NCBI GenBank assembly: GCA_963815195.1
Contig: CAWFGE010000022.1
Coordinates: 224,001 to 288,000 of the forward strand
Length of the DNA stretch: 64,000 bases
DNA from: an uncultured Planctomycetaceae bacterium
Lineage (GTDB): Bacteria; Planctomycetota; Planctomycetia; Planctomycetales; Planctomycetaceae
Direction: 5' to 3'
In this document: piece by piece, positions 55,884-64,000 of the stretch
Layout: each line of letters opens with the position of its first letter
Numbering within the stretch: the stretch's first letter is position 1
Position numbers and translations under genes: made by a program
The notes under the pieces: generated by a model
Seen by the model: the letters and a program-made list of their open reading frames with translations, nothing else
What the model was told of the DNA's origin: nothing
Database searches by the model: none

Positions 55884-55975
55884 AGGGTGCCACTGGCAAC
55901 TTGTTGCCAGTGTTTGCCTGGATTTTGATGACGCTCCTGGCAGAAGCACTGGCAGGCAAGCTGCCAGTGGCACCC
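55884..55975. repeat. REP-like hairpin GGGTGCCACTGGCA..TGCCAGTGGCACCC
   Basis: Inverted repeat with internal cactggca copies, lying between cbiQ and cbiO. Confidence 0.75.
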
Positions 55976-56042
55976 CGCGACCGAAGCCGCCCGTTCTCCC
56001 GTTCTCCCCTTCTCAGATCTCCCCCTCTTCTCAAACGGCCGC

Positions 56043-56831
56043 ATGAACGACACCCCGCCCCGGTTCGCGCTTCGCGTCCATCACTTGAGCTATCTATACC
56101 CGGACGGCTTCCGGGCGCTCGACGACGTCTCATTCGATCTGGCTCCCGGCGAACGGGTGGGGCTGGTGGGTCCGAGCGGTGCGGGCAAATCGACGCTGCT
56201 CATGCACTTGAACGGCTTGTTGCCCCACCCGCTGCCGGCCCATGCGGGGAACGGATCGGCCACCGTCACCGTCAACGGCGTTCCCCTGTCGCCCGCGAGT
56301 CTGGCGGGCGTTCGGCGGGACGTGGCATTTTTGTTTCAGGACCCGGACGACCAACTGTTCTGCCCCACGGTGTTTGAGGATGTCGCCTTCGGCCCGTTGA
56401 ACCTGGGACTCTCCGCCGCCGAAATCCGCCGGCGGATCGCGGAGAGCCTGGACGCCGTGGGCCTTTCGGGGTTCGAACAGCGGAGCACGATGCGCTTGAG
56501 CGTGGGCGAACGCAAGCGGGTGTGCCTTGCGGGGCTGCTCGCGTGCCGGCCTCAGGTCCTCGCCCTCGACGAACCGTCGAGCAACCTCGACCCGCGAGCC
56601 CGCCGGCGGTTGTTGTCGTATCTGGCCGACTTCCCCGGCAGCCAGATCATCGCCACGCACGATCTGGATTTCGTGGTCGAGCATTGCCAGCGTGTCTTGG
56701 TCTTGGACGGCGGCCGCATTCACGCCGACGGCCCGCCGCACAGCATCCTCGCCAAGCCGCTGCTCATGGAGCAGCACGGTCTCGAAGTCCCGCTGCTCTT
56801 GCAAGTCCGCCAACACCGCGTCCGCGAATAG
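56043..56831 (+). CDS. cbiO: ECF transporter ATPase
   Basis: Motifs GPSGAGKST, FQDPDDQLF, LSVGERKR, LDEP and ATHD. Confidence 0.92.
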   Translation: MNDTPPRFALRVHHLSYLYPDGFRALDDVSFDLAPGERVGLVGPSGAGKSTLLMHLNGLLPHPLPAHAGNGSATVTVNGVPLSPASLAGVRRDVAFLFQDPDDQLFCPTVFEDVAFGPLNLGLSAAEIRRRIAESLDAVGLSGFEQRSTMRLSVGERKRVCLAGLLACRPQVLALDEPSSNLDPRARRRLLSYLADFPGSQIIATHDLDFVVEHCQRVLVLDGGRIHADGPPHSILAKPLLMEQHGLEVPLLLQVRQHRVRE

Positions 56832-56844
56832 AGAGCCAATTCTT

Positions 56845-57321
56845 ATGACAACCGAAACCGGCACCTTAAAACAAGCCCTCAAACGCTGGACGTTGATCCT
56901 GGGCGTCTTGCAGATTACGGTGGGCTGCGCGGTGGGATTCATTCCGCCGTCCGCCGTCGCCTGGTTTCGCGGGATCGTGATGGCCCATATCGAGTTCACG
57001 GCCAACGGAGTGTTGATGGTCGTCTTTGCGTTTGTGGTGAGCGAACTCAACCTGGGGCCGACCGCGCTTTGGCTCTGGTTTGTGTTGCTCCAGATCGGAA
57101 CCTGGACCAACGGAGCGGCGGGCGTGGCGGCGGGTTTCATCGGGGCTTCATCGAAACTCATGCCGACGATCAATGAAAAATTCCCGCCGCCTAAGGGCAC
57201 CGATCATCCGCTCGTTTCCGGCAGCCTTTTGGTCTGCGGCGTGACGGTCATGCTGGCCTTGCTGCTCACGTTGTATGGTCTGCTGCGTTCCAAACCCTCG
57301 GTGCAGGATGCAATCAGCTAA
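56845..57321 (+). CDS. Four-TM membrane protein with an AH-x5-NG motif (possibly styrene-oxide-isomerase-like)
   Basis: Four hydrophobic segments and the motif R...MAHIEFTANG. Confidence 0.65.
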   Translation: MTTETGTLKQALKRWTLILGVLQITVGCAVGFIPPSAVAWFRGIVMAHIEFTANGVLMVVFAFVVSELNLGPTALWLWFVLLQIGTWTNGAAGVAAGFIGASSKLMPTINEKFPPPKGTDHPLVSGSLLVCGVTVMLALLLTLYGLLRSKPSVQDAIS

Positions 57322-57343
57322 GGACAAACCCCCGGAACATCTG

Positions 57344-57769
57344 ATGAAACTTGAGAACGTCACCCACATCAAAGCTCCGCCAGACGTTGTCTGGAGCGTC
57401 ACGGAAGATGTCGAACGCTGGCCGGAGTGGTCGCCGACGATGGAGACGATCGAGCGGCTTGACGCAGGGCCGTTTGACGTCGGGAGCACGGCCCGCATCA
57501 AACAACCGGGCCTTCCTCCGGCGGAATGGCGCGTGACCGAACTCGTGCGCGGCGAGCGGTTCAGCTGGGAAACCCGCGTCCGCGGAATGCGAATGATCGG
57601 CACGCACGAGGTGCTGCCCATCGAAGACGGCACCCGCAGCCTGCTTCGCATCGAAATCACCGGCTTCCCAGTCGTGCTCTTCTGGCCGCTGATTTTCTTT
57701 TCTGTTAAAAAATCCCTCGAACGGGAAAACGCCGGCCTCAAAACCCGGTGCGAAAAGTTGCACGCCTGA
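57344..57769 (+). CDS. SRPBCC (polyketide cyclase-like) protein
   Basis: I.APPDVVW....DVERWPEWSP and IKQPGLP...W.VTE. Confidence 0.85.
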   Translation: MKLENVTHIKAPPDVVWSVTEDVERWPEWSPTMETIERLDAGPFDVGSTARIKQPGLPPAEWRVTELVRGERFSWETRVRGMRMIGTHEVLPIEDGTRSLLRIEITGFPVVLFWPLIFFSVKKSLERENAGLKTRCEKLHA

Positions 57770-57792
57770 CGGCATCGCCGGGGACGATCAAT

Positions 57793-58482
57793 ATGCAGCA
57801 TCCTGAACATCATCGACTTCAGCGCTCCGGTTGGCTCAGGGCGGCAGTGCTCGGGGCCAATGATGGGATTGTCTCCACGGCGAGCCTGATCGTGGGCGTC
57901 GCGGCGGCGGATGCGGTCAAGGGGAACATTATCCTCGCCGGGACCGCGGGCCTCGTCGCGGGGGCGATGTCGATGGCGGCCGGCGAGTATGTTTCCGTGA
58001 AGTCGCAAGAGGACACGGAACGGGCCGACCTGAAAATGGAATCCGAAGCCCTCAAAAACAACCCGGTCGGGGAAGAAGCGGAGCTTGCCGACATTTACCG
58101 GGAGCGGGGTTTGGATGAAAACCTGTCGAAAGAAGTCGCCCGGCAGTTGATGCAGCACGATGCGCTGGCGGCTCATGCGCGGGATGAGATCGGGATCACG
58201 GCGGAACTCAGCGCCCGCCCGCTGCAAGCCGCGCTCTCGTCCGCCGCGGCGTTTTCCCTCGGGGCGGCGGTGCCGTTGACCACAGCCGCCGTGGTTCCCT
58301 TGTCGCTGTTATTGTGGCTCGTCCCGGGGCTGGTGATCATTTTGTTGGGCGTCTTGGGAGCAATCGCCGCGAAGACGGGCGGTGCCCCGCCTCTTCCGGG
58401 AGCGGTGCGGGTTTGCTTTTGGGGATCGCTCGCGATGGCCCTCACCGCCGCCGTCGGCAAAATCTTCGGCATCGCTGCGTGA
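57793..58482 (+). CDS. VIT1/CCC1 family Fe/Mn transporter
   Basis: WLRAAVLGANDGIVS, AGAMSMAAGEYVSV.SQ.D.E and AHARDEIG. Confidence 0.92.
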   Translation: MQHPEHHRLQRSGWLRAAVLGANDGIVSTASLIVGVAAADAVKGNIILAGTAGLVAGAMSMAAGEYVSVKSQEDTERADLKMESEALKNNPVGEEAELADIYRERGLDENLSKEVARQLMQHDALAAHARDEIGITAELSARPLQAALSSAAAFSLGAAVPLTTAAVVPLSLLLWLVPGLVIILLGVLGAIAAKTGGAPPLPGAVRVCFWGSLAMALTAAVGKIFGIAA

Positions 58483-58492
58483 CCGCTCGTCT

Positions 58493-58560
58493 TTGAGCGG
58501 CAAGGCGCTAGCCGCCGGCTTTTCCTGTTGCTCAACCGGTGGCTAGCGCCATTCCGCTCA
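58493..58560. repeat. REP-like doublet, copy of 8457-8538
   Basis: tgagcggcaaggcgctagccgccgg..ccggtggctagcgccattccgctca. Confidence 0.78.
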
Positions 58561-58667
58561 GTGACTTCTCGATCGATGCTAAGCGGTGAGTTCCGCCCCG
58601 GTCCGGTTCCGTGTTATCATGGCAAGCCTTGCTCCGCTCGGTTTTTGATGACAACGAAAGTGCTCCC

Positions 58668-60401
58668 ATGATTTCATCTCTGCGGTTTTCTGTTGCCCTG
58701 TTGTGTTTGATCGTTCTTTCGGGGAAAGAGTTATCGGCAGCGGACGAGCGGCCGAATGTGATTTTGATTATGACCGACGACCAAGGCTACGGCGATCTCG
58801 CGTGTCTTGGAAACCCACAAATCAAAACGCCGAATATGGATAAACTCTACGGCGAAAGCGTGCGGCTGACGAATTATCATGTCGATCCCACCTGCTCGCC
58901 CACGCGGTCGGCCTTGATGACGGGCCGCTATTCCAGCCGAACCGGGGTTTGGCACACGATCATGGGCCGTTCGATTATGCACCCCGATGAAATCACCGTG
59001 GCCGAGGTGTTTTCGGGCGCCGGCTACAAGACGGCCATCTTCGGGAAATGGCATCTGGGCGACAACTCTCCCTGCCGGCCGCAGGACCAGGGCTTTGAGG
59101 AAGTGCTCGTCAACGGCGGCGGGGGCGTCACGCAGACGCCCGACTACTGGGGCAACGATTACTTCGCCGACACCTACTTCCACAACGGGAAGCCCGAAAA
59201 ATTCGACAAGTATTGCACCGACGTGTGGTTCGACGCGGCGATGAAGTTCATCGAGCAAAACAAGGACCGCCCCTTCTTCGCCTACATGCCCACCAACGCC
59301 GCCCACGGTCCGTTTCTCGTGGCGGAGAAGTATTCGAAGCCTTACAAGGACATGGGCATCCCGTCGCCTCGGGCGGAGTTTTATGGGATGATCACCAACA
59401 TCGACGAGAACCTGGGCCGATTGGAAAAGAAGCTCGCGGAACTCGATCTTATCGACAACACGATTTTGATCTTCACCACCGACAACGGCACCGCGGCCGG
59501 GGCACAGCGGGGCGGATTCAACGCCGGGATGCGGGGCCAGAAAGGTTCCGAGTACGAGGGCGGGCACCGGGTGCCGTTTTTCATCCGCTGGCCGAAGGGA
59601 AACATCGTCGGCGGCCGGGATGTCAAGCATCTGACGGCCCATATCGACGTGCTGCCCACGCTTGCGGACCTTTGCGGCGTCCAGGTTCCTCAAGCGGCCA
59701 AAGTGGACGGCCAAAGTTTGCTGCCGTTGCTCAAGGATTCCAAAGCGAATTGGCCGGAGCGAACGCTCGCGGTGCATTCACAGCGGTTGGAGTTCCCCAA
59801 GAAGTGGCGGAAAGCCGCGGTAATGACGGACCGCTGGCGGTTCGTGACGGACGGCGACCGCCGGGAACTGTTCGACATGGACAAAGACCCCGGCCAGAAA
59901 ACCAACGTCGCCCAGGATCATCCCGACGTGTTTCGCCGGTTAAGCGGCGACTATGAAAAATGGTACGAGAGCATCTCCACGCGGTTTGACGATTACGTGC
60001 GGATCGGTTTGGGCGATGACGCGGAAAACCCCGCGCACCTTACCTGCCACGATTGGCACACCGACAACGGCCCCGTGCCCTGGAATCAACCCAGCGTGGC
60101 CCGGCATCCCAAAGCCAACGGGTTTTGGGCCGTCGATGTGAAGCAGCCGGGCCAATACAAAATCACGCTCCGGCTCCGGCCGTATTACATCGAAGAACCT
60201 GTTCCCCTGGAAGCCGCCACCGCCCGCATTCAAGTCGGCAAAGTGGAAGCCGAAACTACGATCCCACGCAACTCAACATCGGTGTCGTTCGACGTCTCAT
60301 TACCCGCCGGTCCCGCGAAACTTCAAACCTGGCTCGAAGGCGAACCCAAGGGTTCCCACGGGGCGTATTTCATCGATGTGGAGCGGGTTGGGAACCGGTA
60401 A
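58668..60401 (+). CDS. Exported Cys-type arylsulfatase
   Basis: Signal peptide, then PNVILIMTDDQG, CSPTRSALMTGR, GKWHLG, DNG and EGGHRVP. Confidence 0.93.
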   Translation: MISSLRFSVALLCLIVLSGKELSAADERPNVILIMTDDQGYGDLACLGNPQIKTPNMDKLYGESVRLTNYHVDPTCSPTRSALMTGRYSSRTGVWHTIMGRSIMHPDEITVAEVFSGAGYKTAIFGKWHLGDNSPCRPQDQGFEEVLVNGGGGVTQTPDYWGNDYFADTYFHNGKPEKFDKYCTDVWFDAAMKFIEQNKDRPFFAYMPTNAAHGPFLVAEKYSKPYKDMGIPSPRAEFYGMITNIDENLGRLEKKLAELDLIDNTILIFTTDNGTAAGAQRGGFNAGMRGQKGSEYEGGHRVPFFIRWPKGNIVGGRDVKHLTAHIDVLPTLADLCGVQVPQAAKVDGQSLLPLLKDSKANWPERTLAVHSQRLEFPKKWRKAAVMTDRWRFVTDGDRRELFDMDKDPGQKTNVAQDHPDVFRRLSGDYEKWYESISTRFDDYVRIGLGDDAENPAHLTCHDWHTDNGPVPWNQPSVARHPKANGFWAVDVKQPGQYKITLRLRPYYIEEPVPLEAATARIQVGKVEAETTIPRNSTSVSFDVSLPAGPAKLQTWLEGEPKGSHGAYFIDVERVGNR

Positions 60402-60448
60402 CAAAGTCGCCCTTCGCGGAGCGAACGGCGACGGACAGATGTTCGACG

Positions 60449-60959
60449 CTAAGGGGCTCGCATCTGACTTCGCGTGAGGCGGGTTCTTTGGAAGATAATG
60501 CCCGCAATCGCCAGGCCGGCGAGGATCGCCAGGCGGATTTGGTGCTCGACCGGGATTTCCGCGGCGATCATCGTGGCCCCGGCGAGCGAGGACAGGATGA
60601 TGATCGCCCAATCGACCAGGAGCAACGCAATCACCGCCCCGATCACCCCGCCGATGATGATCCAGGCGGTGTTGTTATTGCCCGCAAGTTCGTATTGCGT
60701 CAGCGCGATTTGGACGAGATAGCAGCCGGAAAGAAAACCGACCAGCCCGAATGCGAGCCATTGAAACGCCACGGCCAAGAGTGCGGCGACGATTCCGACG
60801 CCGACGGCAATCAGGCCTTGGATCAATTGGGAGTCGGAGATGCCCAGGTTGCCGGCGAATTCGAAACCGATCACAAACCCCAACAAGGCCACCAGCGCCC
60901 AATACAGCGGCCGGCCGAACAACAGAATCAGCGCCGGCGATAAAGTGGAAGATTTGCAT
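60449..60959 (-). CDS. Membrane protein (DUF4203-like), probable frameshift near the start
   Basis: LLFGRPLYW..VAL.GF..G and several TM helices. The likely start MQIFHFIAG is in another frame. An in-frame alternative start lies at 60973. Confidence 0.72.
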
Positions 60960-61092
60960 AATCGACTCCGCATGGCTCGTTTGATAGTTCGTAGGATTCA
61001 AACCTGAGAACCACTTTAGCAACAAAAATGAGAGCAGGAATCCGTCGGGATCCATGCTCTCTTCTCAGGAGAACCATTTCGCGGAGGTGGGT

Positions 61093-62439
61093 TTAATACC
61101 GGTAGTAGTCCGGCTTAAAGGGGCCGGCGACCGGGATGCCCAGGTACTTGGCTTGTTTATCGTTGAGCTTGGTCAGCTTGACGCCGAGCTTGTCCAGATG
61201 CAGCCGGGCGACTTCCTCGTCCAACTCTTTGGGCAGGACGTGCACGCCGACGCTGAAGTTTTCGGTCTCCGTCCAAAGGGCGATCTGGCCGAGCACCTGG
61301 TTGGTAAAGCTGTTGGACATCACAAACGAGGGATGCCCGGTCGCGCAGCCCAGGTTGACCAGCCGGCCTTCGGCGAGCACCAGAATTGCTTTGCCGTCGG
61401 GGTAAACCCATTTGTCGACCGGGCCGCCCACGTCGCTGTCGGCTTTGATTTTGACGCGCTCGATGTCGCCCCGGTTCTTGAGGTAGGCGATGTCGATTTC
61501 GGAATCGAAGTGGCCGATGTTGCACACGATGACTTCGTTTTTCATCGCGTCCAAGTGCGGGCCGGTGATCACGTCGCAGCAGCCGGTCGCGGTGACGAAG
61601 ATGTCGCCCATCGCGGCGGCTTCTTCCATCGTGGTGACCTGGTAGCCTTCCATCGCGGCTTGCAGGGCGCAGATCGGATCGATTTCCGTGATCACCACGC
61701 GGGCCCCGAGGCCGCGCATGGCATCCGCGCAGCCTTTGCCCACGTCGCCGTAACCGCAGATGACAACGACCTTGCCCGCGACCATGATGTCGGTGGCCCG
61801 CTTGATGCCGTCGGCCAGCGACTCCCGGCAGCCATAGAGGTTGTCGAACTTGCTCTTGGTGACGGAGTCGTTCACGTTGATGGCCGGGCAGCCGAGCTTG
61901 CCTTCTTTGTGCATCTGGTGCAGGCGGTGGATGCCGGTCGTGGTCTCTTCGGTCAGGCCTTTGATGTGGTCGAGGAGTTCGGGGAATTTCTCGTGGACCA
62001 TCAGCGTCAAGTCGCCGCCGTCGTCGAGGATCATATTGAGGGATTCGCCGTCGGGCCAGAACAGGGTCTGCTCGATGCACCAGTCGAATTCCTCTTCCGA
62101 CATGCCTTTCCAGGCGAAGACCGCCACGCCGGTCTTGGCGATGGCGGCGGCGGCGTGGTCCTGCGTCGAGAAGATGTTGCAGCTCGACCAGCGGACTTCC
62201 GCCCCCAAGGCCGTGAGGGTTTCGATCAACACGGCGGTCTGGATCGTCATGTGCAGGCAGCCGGCGATCCGCGCGCCTTTGAGCGGCTGCGACGGGCCGT
62301 ATTTTTCCCTGAGGGCCATCAGGCCCGGCATCTGGTTCTCGGCCAGTTCGATTTCCATCCGGCCCCAGTTGGCGAGCCGCTCGAATTCTTCGGGGCTGCA
62401 ATTTTTGACTTTGTACGGGAGCGGTGCGATTTTGGTCAT
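61093..62439 (-). CDS. ahcY: S-adenosylhomocysteine hydrolase
   Basis: Motifs [55 protein letters not shown] and [10 protein letters not shown]. Confidence 0.97.
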   Translation of the reverse strand: MTKIAPLPYKVKNCSPEEFERLANWGRMEIELAENQMPGLMALREKYGPSQPLKGARIAGCLHMTIQTAVLIETLTALGAEVRWSSCNIFSTQDHAAAAIAKTGVAVFAWKGMSEEEFDWCIEQTLFWPDGESLNMILDDGGDLTLMVHEKFPELLDHIKGLTEETTTGIHRLHQMHKEGKLGCPAINVNDSVTKSKFDNLYGCRESLADGIKRATDIMVAGKVVVICGYGDVGKGCADAMRGLGARVVITEIDPICALQAAMEGYQVTTMEEAAAMGDIFVTATGCCDVITGPHLDAMKNEVIVCNIGHFDSEIDIAYLKNRGDIERVKIKADSDVGGPVDKWVYPDGKAILVLAEGRLVNLGCATGHPSFVMSNSFTNQVLGQIALWTETENFSVGVHVLPKELDEEVARLHLDKLGVKLTKLNDKQAKYLGIPVAGPFKPDYYRY

Positions 62440-62592
62440 TGGAATCTCCAATCAGACAAACGACGAGCCGGACGCGAAGACACTTCCCCATCCGGATTCG
62501 ATGCGATTTCACGAATTGCCCGCTAACATAGGAGATTACTCCCCCAGCGGCAACCATTTCCGCGGGAAAAAGCCAATCTTCGCACCGGCACC

Positions 62593-62645
62593 AAAACAAA
62601 AAGTCCCGGTTCCGGCCGCTTTGCAGGAGGGCCGGAACCAGGACT
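62593..62645 (-). terminator. Intrinsic terminator after the TPR gene
   Basis: Minus strand reads agtcctggttccggcc-ctcctgcaaagc-ggccggaaccgggact followed by ttttgtttt. Confidence 0.75.
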
Positions 62646-62681
62646 GGGGAGAGCCGTATCGAAAAGATAACGCACGATCCG

Positions 62682-63218
62682 CTATTTTTGCGGACGATTG
62701 CGGTGGGACGAATCGTCCCGATGGAACGCCGAGTCGTCGGCGTCGCCATCGAAGTTGAATTGGGCAAAATCGTCGACTGGAGCGGACTGCCGATCTCCAA
62801 AATCGTTCGGCCCGCCGCCATGTCGAACTCCCGCGCCCAACCCGTGCAGGAATTCATCCAAGTTCGGCTCGATGAAATCGCCGTCCGCATCGGTTGGATT
62901 GTCGGCGAACATTTCCACGATTTCCGCAAGTTCATGGCATCCTTCGTGGCGGAAGCAGTCGCTTAGGTCCCGCCAGGCCAACTGGTTCCAAGGCGCGGGG
63001 ATCGAGCGGGCGGCGGCGTGCAGCGGATTGATGGCCTCTTCATAGCGCTCCAAACGCCTGAGGGCCTGGCCGCGAAGGAAGCTCGCGTAAGGATCCAACA
63101 CGCCCGCCTCTTCGACGCGGTCCAATTCCTGGATCGCCCGTTCGGGCAGTTCCAGCTCCAGATAGCCTTCCGCCGCGAACAATCGCCGGACGGTTTTTTT
63201 GGTGGGTAAATATCGCAT
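62682..63218 (-). CDS. TPR protein with acidic tail
   Basis: RRLFAAEGYLEL.LP..A..EL and LRGQALR.LERYEEAI.PL, with a GAAGGGG RBS. Confidence 0.8.
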   Translation of the reverse strand: MRYLPTKKTVRRLFAAEGYLELELPERAIQELDRVEEAGVLDPYASFLRGQALRRLERYEEAINPLHAAARSIPAPWNQLAWRDLSDCFRHEGCHELAEIVEMFADNPTDADGDFIEPNLDEFLHGLGAGVRHGGGPNDFGDRQSAPVDDFAQFNFDGDADDSAFHRDDSSHRNRPQK

Positions 63219-63707
63219 GGTTGAATCCCCTTCGGCCCCGCAGCCGTCAAAGTTGTCGTGGGTGAATGACTCAACCCAATGCAAGCGGCATGCCAAACCG
63301 GGGAGGATTCGCCGGCGGCGGCAAGATTGTGTCGTAACCGCTGCTTCAGAAAGAACTTATTGAATGCCCCGTTTTTTCAAGAAGGGTGGAAGATAAGGCA
63401 ATCGTTGAATTTTCCGGGGCCAACATGGTGAATCTGACAATTGACGGGCCGCGTAAGAACCAGTGCGGAGGACTGCCCGCATTGTCCGATCGGCAAGTAT
63501 TCATGACAAAACATTTCACCGAATCGGCGATTTCTCCCGCGATTGCCCCGCACCAGTTTGGTAAATCCGGTAAAATGCTCGCGAGAGGGGGGTTTTTAGG
63601 ATCCGAGCATCGGAGCGTTCAAAACCATTTGAACCGATCGGGCATGGATTCCGTTATCCACTCCACATATCCGAACAAGCATTTCGAAACAGTGCGGGAG
63701 AGACGAC

Positions 63708-64000
63708 ATGGATTATTCCAAATATCGCCACCGCCACCGGGATCCGCGGGACTTGGTGATTCCGGTCCTGATCATCATGGCTGTGATCGCGGTTGGGTTC
63801 TTGGCGCTGAGCAGCGTTTACACGGTCGCTCCCAACGAGCAGGCGGTGGTGCTCAGGTTCGGCAAGGAATACGCCACCTCGCCGCCGGGCCTGCATTTTT
63901 GCATTCCGCTCGTGGACCGGGTTTACACCGTGAGCGTGGAAGAGCACACCATCCGGCTGCCGTTCGGCCGCGGCGAGTCCAACAATGCCCGCCAGGTTAA
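63708..64000 (+). CDS. hflK: HflK-like SPFH protein, 5' part only
   Basis: Not in the ORF track. MDYSKY, a TM helix, then SSVYTVAPNEQAVVLRFGK...PPGLHFCIPLVDRV. Confidence 0.75.
   Translation, partial: MDYSKYRHRHRDPRDLVIPVLIIMAVIAVGFLALSSVYTVAPNEQAVVLRFGKEYATSPPGLHFCIPLVDRVYTVSVEEHTIRLPFGRGESNNARQV

Noticed and set aside
55169..56377. 402-aa extended CbiQ
   Set aside because: The extension is frameshift read-through across a REP element and into cbiO in the wrong frame.
62440..62600. Possible SAH riboswitch upstream of ahcY
   Set aside because: The conserved GAGGAGCG..CAGGCUC-type core was not seen. An Rfam scan would settle it.

Overview
GC-rich bacterial chromosomal DNA, most likely from a planctomycete. 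That assignment is inferred from the DUF1559 prepilin-like gene, TPR/FG-GAP/ASPIC-UnbV genes, a sulfatase, an EF-hand protein and typical small proteins. Left to right the window holds: a pyruvate dehydrogenase operon (aceE-aceF-lpdA) whose spacers carry a toxin/immunity-like pair and a collapsed hicBA; a cysteine desulfurase-like gene; rplU; RNase E/G; hpf-ptsN-ptsH-ptsI; an antitoxin with a PIN-toxin stub; glgB; imuA-imuB-dnaE2 with a palindromic candidate operator; a WD40 gene; an amylo-alpha-1,6-glucosidase; a five-gene exported module (heptaheme cytochrome-TPR, DUF1559 pilin-like protein, lipoprotein, two TPR-FG-GAP-ASPIC proteins); NfeD-flotillin; MoxR; a HAD-phosphatase/TreZ fusion divergent from sucrose-phosphate synthase and amylosucrase; rimI; a THUMP-like methyltransferase; a Ni/Co ECF transporter run; an arylsulfatase; ahcY; and the start of an hflK-like gene. 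Many intergenic spacers contain REP-like palindromes of several families. About ten genes, including core ones, are split by single-base frameshifts that most likely reflect sequencing or assembly error. No rRNA, tRNA, CRISPR array or intact transposase was recognised. All family calls come from motif recognition by eye, not from database searches.
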